64,000 nt of DNA, from positions 672,001-736,000 of the forward strand of contig OZ219917.1 in the NCBI GenBank assembly GCA_964291415.2. The letters are read 5' to 3'. Origin of the DNA: Alphaproteobacteria bacterium (lineage in GTDB: Bacteria; Pseudomonadota; Alphaproteobacteria; SP197). The notes under the pieces are model-generated. The model did no database searches. It saw only the letters and a program-made list of their open reading frames with translations, and was not told the DNA's origin. Numbering within the stretch: the first letter of the stretch is position 1; each line of letters begins with the position of its first letter. Shown piece by piece: positions 58,940 through 64,000 of the stretch. Made by a program: the position numbers and the translations under genes.

Positions 58940-59769
58940 CCGGAAGTGCGCGCGTCGCCGGAGTCATGGGCTGGCCGGTGGCCCATTCACGATCGCCTCT
59001 CCTGCATGGCCATTGGCTCGAGACCTGCGGCATCGACGGCGTCTATGTGCCCCTTGCCGTGCCGCCGCACCGGTTCGAGGCCGCCTTCAGGGCCTTGCCC
59101 GATCTCGGCTTCAGGGGCTGCAACGTGACGTTGCCGCACAAGGAGAAAGCCCTGGCCCTGGCCGACAGCGTCGACGATCTCAGCATGCGGATCGGTGCCG
59201 CCAACACGATCGTTGTCGGCGACGACGGCGCTCTCGCGGCCAGCAACACGGATGCCTTCGGATTCCTCGAGAACCTGAAGAGCCGGGCCCCCGGGTGGCG
59301 AGGAGACCGGCCGGTCCTGGTGCTGGGAGCCGGCGGGTCGAGTCGCGCCGTCATCGTCGCTCTCCTTGATGCGGGCGTGCGCGAGGTGCGTGTCGCCAAC
59401 CGGACTCTCGAGCGCGCCGCGGCGCTCGTCGAACGGTTCGGGCCTTCGGTGACAGCCGTCAGCTGGGACGACCGTCACGCGGCTGTCGACGGCGTCGGCC
59501 TGGTGGTCAACACCACCCAACTCGGCATGACCGGACAACCCGCGCTCGACCTTGCGCTTGACGCGCTGGGCGTCGAGGCGGTGGTCTGCGATCTCGTTTA
59601 CGTGCCGCTCGTCACGGATGTCCTGCAGCGCGCCCGGCAGCGCGGACACGTCACGGTCGACGGTCTCGGCATGCTGCTGCACCAGGCGCGCCCGGGCTTC
59701 GCCGCGTGGTTCGGCGTCGATCCGCCCGTGACGGAAGACCTTCGCTCCGTGGTGTCACAAGGACTGTGA
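58930..59769 (+). CDS. aroE: Shikimate dehydrogenase
   Basis: HSRSP, NVTLPHK, GAANT, NTD, GAGG, NRT, GLGMLLHQA. Confidence 0.95.
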   Translation: MGLTGSARVAGVMGWPVAHSRSPLLHGHWLETCGIDGVYVPLAVPPHRFEAAFRALPDLGFRGCNVTLPHKEKALALADSVDDLSMRIGAANTIVVGDDGALAASNTDAFGFLENLKSRAPGWRGDRPVLVLGAGGSSRAVIVALLDAGVREVRVANRTLERAAALVERFGPSVTAVSWDDRHAAVDGVGLVVNTTQLGMTGQPALDLALDALGVEAVVCDLVYVPLVTDVLQRARQRGHVTVDGLGMLLHQARPGFAAWFGVDPPVTEDLRSVVSQGL

Positions 59770-59893
59770 AGTGGCCACGCCCGGATCGGACGTTGCAGGG
59801 CATCCGCGCCAGCGATGGTTCCCGCGGGACCTGCGGTCCTTGGATCATCCGGAGTTGTCCGAAGGGTGCGGTTTTCCGGCCTGGCGCACGACG

Positions 59894-60472
59894 TCATCGG
59901 TCACCTTCGAGGCTTTCGGAGCCGAGAGCGTTTCCGCCTTGTTTCGGTTCATCGCCGGCCGTCCTCCGGTGAGTTTGACCGGGGAATCGTGTCGCTGGGT
60001 CGGGTGAGGTTCGGTCGAACAAATCCTCGAGTGCGCAAATCGTCTTTTGCGGAATTCGTTCAACCGGGTAGTAGCGGCCCATGATCTCGAGTGCGGCATC
60101 GAATCCTGTGAGATTGAGGTAACGCAGGAGAAAGCGCACATCGTCGATGTCGTGGAACTCTCGTCCTATGCGCATCGCCATGCACTTCATGGCCAGAAGG
60201 TACTCCGGGGCTGCAGTGAGGACCCTCAGGTTCGGCAGGTCCAGGCAAGGGTGGAATTCTCCGCGTTCGCTCAGAAATCCCTTGACGGCATCGTTGAGCC
60301 AGTCGGTACCAAAGTTGACACGCCGTGCCGCCTCTCTCACCTCCCTTGCCGGGTGAAAGAAGGCGTCCACGTCCTTCGTCGTGAGACGTGCGTCGAAGAC
60401 AAGGCACATGACAGCGCCGCCGACCAGGTAGACTTCTCCGACGATGCCATGGCGCGCATCCAGCTTCGCCAA
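59894..60472 (-). CDS. DUF6036-like nucleotidyltransferase, possibly eroded at both ends
   Basis: YLVGGAVM, TKDVD, WLND.VKG, EYLLAMK, R..D..D; in-frame stop shortly upstream and an atypical C-terminal tail. Confidence 0.7.
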   Translation of the reverse strand: MAKLDARHGIVGEVYLVGGAVMCLVFDARLTTKDVDAFFHPAREVREAARRVNFGTDWLNDAVKGFLSERGEFHPCLDLPNLRVLTAAPEYLLAMKCMAMRIGREFHDIDDVRFLLRYLNLTGFDAALEIMGRYYPVERIPQKTICALEDLFDRTSPDPATRFPGQTHRRTAGDEPKQGGNALGSESLEGDR

Positions 60473-60670
60473 GAAAGAAATGTCAATACAATGTCATGAC
60501 ATCATGCGGGTGCGTGGAAGCACCCCTTCGGCCTGGTTCGGTCACGGGCGCAGACCGGGTTCCCCGATCCTTCCGGTCCCTCAACTGGGCCTTCACCTGT
60601 CCAACCGGGCTTGTTGCCTCGCTTCGAATCCTGCAGGCTCGCAGGGTGAGGGGATCGGGGATCAGCAACG

Positions 60671-61294
60671 GTGTTCGTGCTCGGCCTGACTGGTTCGATC
60701 GGCATGGGAAAGTCCGCCGTTGCCGGCATGTTCGCCCAGTGCGGCGCCCTCATTCACGATGCCGATCGCAGTGTGCACCGGCTCTACGGTCCAGGCGGCG
60801 CCGCTGTCGGGCCTGTGGGCAGCGCCTTTCCCGGGGTGGTGACGGGTGAGGGAAAGGGAGCCCGCATCGACCGTCAGCTTCTTGGCGCCCGTGTCATCGG
60901 TGATGCCGGGGCACTCGCCCGACTTGAATCGCTGGTCCATCCCCTGGTGCGCCGGGATCAGGACTGCTTTCTCAGACGAGCCGCCCGAAACGGCTGCCGT
61001 CTCGTGGTCTTCGATGTGCCCCTGCTCTTCGAGACCGGTGGCGAATCGCGTGTCGATGCCACCTGCGTGGTCCATGCACCGCCGTTCATCCAGGCAGCCC
61101 GGGTGCTGCGCCGCCCCGGCATGACACGAGAGATCCTCGAGGACATCCGCCGCCGCCAGATGCCGGATCGGGAAAAGCTGCGCCGGGCGGACCATGTCGT
61201 GATGACCGGTCTTGCCAAGGGCCATACCCGGGCCCGCGTCAACAGGCTGTGGCGCCATCTCTCGGTTCGCCAGGGAAGGATCTGGCCACCTTAG
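60671..61294 (+). CDS. coaE: Dephospho-CoA kinase
   Basis: GLTGSIGMGKS, DAD, HPLV, DVPLLFE, RQMPD. Confidence 0.95.
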   Translation: MFVLGLTGSIGMGKSAVAGMFAQCGALIHDADRSVHRLYGPGGAAVGPVGSAFPGVVTGEGKGARIDRQLLGARVIGDAGALARLESLVHPLVRRDQDCFLRRAARNGCRLVVFDVPLLFETGGESRVDATCVVHAPPFIQAARVLRRPGMTREILEDIRRRQMPDREKLRRADHVVMTGLAKGHTRARVNRLWRHLSVRQGRIWPP

Positions 61295-61391
61295 GATCCG
61301 GTTCATCGGAGCCTGTTGATGAGCGTCGTGGAAGCGTGTCGATTTCCGGGTGCTCACGGGATACCATGACGGCCCCTGGCTCGTGATCGTC

Positions 61392-61916
61392 ATGCGCGAG
61401 ATCGTTCTCGATACGGAAACCACCGGCCTCGACATCATGGATGGTCACAGGCTTGTCGAGATCGGCTGTGTCGAGCTCGTGGACCGGGTGGTGACCGGGC
61501 GGACCTGGAACACCTTTCTCAATCCCCGGCGCTGCAACCATGCCGAAGCCTTCGACATCCACAGGCTGCCCGATGCCTTCCTCAGGAAACAGCCGCTGTT
61601 CAGGGAACGGGCGAAGGACCTGATGGGGTTTCTCGCTTCCAGCCGCCTTGTCATGCACAACGCGGCGTTCGATCTCGCCTTCCTCAACAACGAACTGGTT
61701 CTGGAAGGCATGGAGCCGATCCGCGGCTCCCGGGCCATAGACACGCTCAGCATGGCGCGCAGTATCTTTCCCGGAAGAGCCAACGATCTTGGCGCCCTGG
61801 CACAGCGGCTCGGCATCGAGATCGTCCCCGGGCGCACCCATCGCGCCCTCTCCGATGCCAGGCTGCTGGCCGTCGTCTACATCGCACTCCTCAAGCACCG
61901 GGAAGACCATGCGTGA
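61392..61916 (+). CDS. DnaQ-like DEDDh exonuclease, short paralogue (174 aa)
   Basis: VLDTETTG, HNAAFD, HRALSDA; no C-terminal tail. Confidence 0.88.
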   Translation: MREIVLDTETTGLDIMDGHRLVEIGCVELVDRVVTGRTWNTFLNPRRCNHAEAFDIHRLPDAFLRKQPLFRERAKDLMGFLASSRLVMHNAAFDLAFLNNELVLEGMEPIRGSRAIDTLSMARSIFPGRANDLGALAQRLGIEIVPGRTHRALSDARLLAVVYIALLKHREDHA

Positions 61917-62595
61917 AGTCGTCCTCGACACCGAAACCACAGGGCTCGACCACGCCGCCGGTCATCGCGTCGTCGAGATCGGCTGCGTCGAACTCAGCAA
62001 CCACGTTCCCACGGGGCGTTCCTGGAGCACCTATCTCAATCCCGGGCGCGACAGCGAGGACGCCGCTCTCGCCGTTCACGGTCTGACTGCCGCCTTCCTC
62101 GCCGAGCAGCCGTCGTTCCCGGACAAGGCCGAGGAATTCCTGGAATTCCTGGCAGACAGCCGCCTCGTCATCCACAACGCCGAGTTCGACCTGAATTTTC
62201 TCAACAGCGAGCTCGAGCGATGCGGCCTCGGCCCGATCGATCCGGGCCGCGCCGTCGACACCCTCATCCTGGCGCGGCGGAAGTATCCCGGCGAGCCAAA
62301 CAGTCTCGACGCCCTGACGAGGCGCTTTCGCATCGACGCCTCGACGCGCCAGGAGGCCCATGGCGCCCTTGTCGACGCACGACTCCTGGCGGAGGTCTAT
62401 CTCGAGTTGGTCGGCGGACGCCAGTCGGCCCTCGATTTCGCGGGTTCCGAGGGCTCCCTCCTGTCTGCGGCATCCGGCGAACCCTCCCGCACGTTCCGTC
62501 CGCCCCGTCCCCACGAGGCCACGGCGGAAGAGATCGCCCGCCACGAGGATTTCCTGCGCGAACACGTCAAGGATCCGATCTGGCTGCGGTCATGA
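61909..62595 (+). CDS. dnaQ: DNA polymerase III epsilon subunit
   Basis: VLDTETTG, HNAEFD, HGALVDA, GGRQSALDF clamp motif, EIARH..F and terminal W alpha-binding tail. Confidence 0.93.
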   Translation: MREVVLDTETTGLDHAAGHRVVEIGCVELSNHVPTGRSWSTYLNPGRDSEDAALAVHGLTAAFLAEQPSFPDKAEEFLEFLADSRLVIHNAEFDLNFLNSELERCGLGPIDPGRAVDTLILARRKYPGEPNSLDALTRRFRIDASTRQEAHGALVDARLLAEVYLELVGGRQSALDFAGSEGSLLSAASGEPSRTFRPPRPHEATAEEIARHEDFLREHVKDPIWLRS

Positions 62596-62848
62596 TTTCC
62601 GCGTTGCACGGCGCTCTTCCATGACGATGTCGGCAAGACCGACGCCACGACCTTCGCCTGATCCGCCTTCCCGGGTGTCGAGGTTGCGCGAGGCGCCGGC
62701 ACCCTGACCCGGACAGATCCCGTTGCTACAGGGATTGGCATGCGACAACAGGGCCGATTCCGGGCAAGGCGCATTGACGACATGGTTCGCATGACCGATC
62801 GAATCGCAGTCCCCGGACCGCCTGGCAACCGGACACAAAGAGTGACCA

Positions 62849-62863
62849 GTCATATTACATGAC
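62849..62863. promoter_or_regulatory. GTCAT-N5-ATGAC palindrome, candidate TA autoregulatory operator
   Basis: Lies just upstream of the antitoxin RBS. Confidence 0.4.
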
Positions 62864-62885
62864 CATAGTGAGAGGGAGTGACGCG

Positions 62886-63110
62886 ATGAGAGTGATCGGT
62901 GCGGCAAAGTTCAAGGAACAGTGCCTGGCGCTGCTCGACAATCTGGGCAACGACGGCCTGATCATCACCAAGCGCGGTAAGCCCGTTGCCCGCCTGCTTC
63001 CGCTGGCGCACCACGACGCCGAATTGATCGGCAGTCTGCGCGACAAGATCGTTGTCCGCGGCGACATCCTGGCCACGGGGGTCGATTGGGACGCAGATGC
63101 TCAATCTTGA
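62886..63110 (+). CDS. Phd/YefM-family antitoxin
   Basis: IGAAKFK..CL.LLD, IITKRGKPVARL. Confidence 0.9.
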   Translation: MRVIGAAKFKEQCLALLDNLGNDGLIITKRGKPVARLLPLAHHDAELIGSLRDKIVVRGDILATGVDWDADAQS

Positions 63111-63489
63111 CACGCACATTCTCGTCTTTTCACTCACCGGTGCATTGCGATCCGGGGAATGTGCGGCATTGAGTCAAGCGAGGTGGTCGATTTCCGCGAT
63201 CGTGTTGTGGGAACTGGCAAAGCTCATCCGGCTTGGACGGCTGGACATGGATCTCGAAGACCGCCAGATTGCCCGTGTTCTGAATGGTCTGCATGTCTGG
63301 CCATTCGATCTGGACGTCGCCAGAATGTCAGTAAATCTCGATTTCAGAGGCGATCCGGCCGACGAGATCATCGCCGCGACGAGCATCGTTCACGACGTAC
63401 CCCTGATCACCCGCGACCGCGTCATCCGACAATCCAGGATGGTTCCACTCGCCGCATTGCACGAAACGGCAGGGAGGTCTGAAACCTGA
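63097..63489 (+). CDS. vapC: PIN-domain toxin (VapC family)
   Basis: LDTHIL, ISAIVLWE, DPADEIIAAT, LITRD; overlaps the antitoxin. Confidence 0.9.
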   Translation: MLNLDTHILVFSLTGALRSGECAALSQARWSISAIVLWELAKLIRLGRLDMDLEDRQIARVLNGLHVWPFDLDVARMSVNLDFRGDPADEIIAATSIVHDVPLITRDRVIRQSRMVPLAALHETAGRSET

Positions 63490-63637
63490 AGTTGCATCGC
63501 ATGGCCCAATCGCGCGGGCGCCTGTCCGTCAACCCCGTCTTCCGTCACCTGTGTAACGGCCTGCTGGAGCCTTGAGGCGCTGGCGACCGACATCACTTGA
63601 ACGTCAACATCAGCCACATGGGTAGAGGCAAGCTGCG

Positions 63638-63875
63638 ATGACATTGATCTCCATGGTGGAGTTTCGGCGGAACGCTGAAGGTGTCCTCCGACGAATTGAG
63701 CAAGGCGAATCATCTGATACTGACGTATCGAGGCCGGCCCGTGGCCCGGCTGGAACCCTGCGCACCCCCAACCGTGCCGGCCGACGACCCGATCTATCGT
63801 CTGGCCGAGCTTGCTGCGGAAGAAGGAGAGTCTCTGTGCAACGACGAGGTGGACGCGACCATCTATGGTCGATGA
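63638..63875 (+). pseudogene. Second Phd/YefM antitoxin, frameshifted near 63710
   Basis: MTLISMVEFRRNAEGVLRRIEQGES continues in another frame as LILTYRGRPVARLEP...DEVDATIYGR. Confidence 0.75.
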
Positions 63876-64000
63876 CGCGTTCATCGAAGTGAGTGGTGAC
63901 TGGATCGTGTCCCGATCCGTGGTGCCGAAGCCTGGTGTCCCTCGTGATATCCGGCGCGTTGGGCCGAGATGCTCAGGCTGTAGCCTCCCCTGCTTGCCTG

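Noticed and set aside
1-64000. CRISPR array, rRNA/tRNA, prophage, integrase or IS element
   Set aside because: No regularly spaced repeats, RNA gene signatures or recombinase/transposase motifs were recognised

Overview
High-GC bacterial chromosomal segment, most likely alphaproteobacterial (inferred from the maf-aroE-coaE-dnaQ block and the xsc, MttB and GcvT-type genes). About 58 kb is a dense catabolic region for organic nitrogen, methylamines and sulfonates. It holds three complete PotABCD-type ABC systems plus two orphan binding proteins, a peptide ABC operon ending in an amidase, a SelA/DgaE-like and enolase-superfamily sugar-acid locus, a non-pyrrolysine MttB with two dimethylglycine/sarcosine-dehydrogenase-like genes, a PuuB-like oxidase, a deacetylase, agmatinase, xsc/ackA, and a ThDP E1 alpha/beta pair with no E2. 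The best candidate for an undescribed system is a pair of N,N-dimethylformamidase large-subunit homologues that keep the recognisable Fe/catalytic motifs, have no adjacent small subunit, and sit among polyamine-type ABC genes. The window also shows local duplications with decay (SDR/potB/mttB, a GcvT-like 5' end, tandem dnaQ), eroded toxin-antitoxin modules, and a DUF6036-type nucleotidyltransferase inserted between aroE and coaE. I recognised no rRNA, tRNA, CRISPR array, integrase or transposase. All calls come from reading motifs by eye; no database searches were run.
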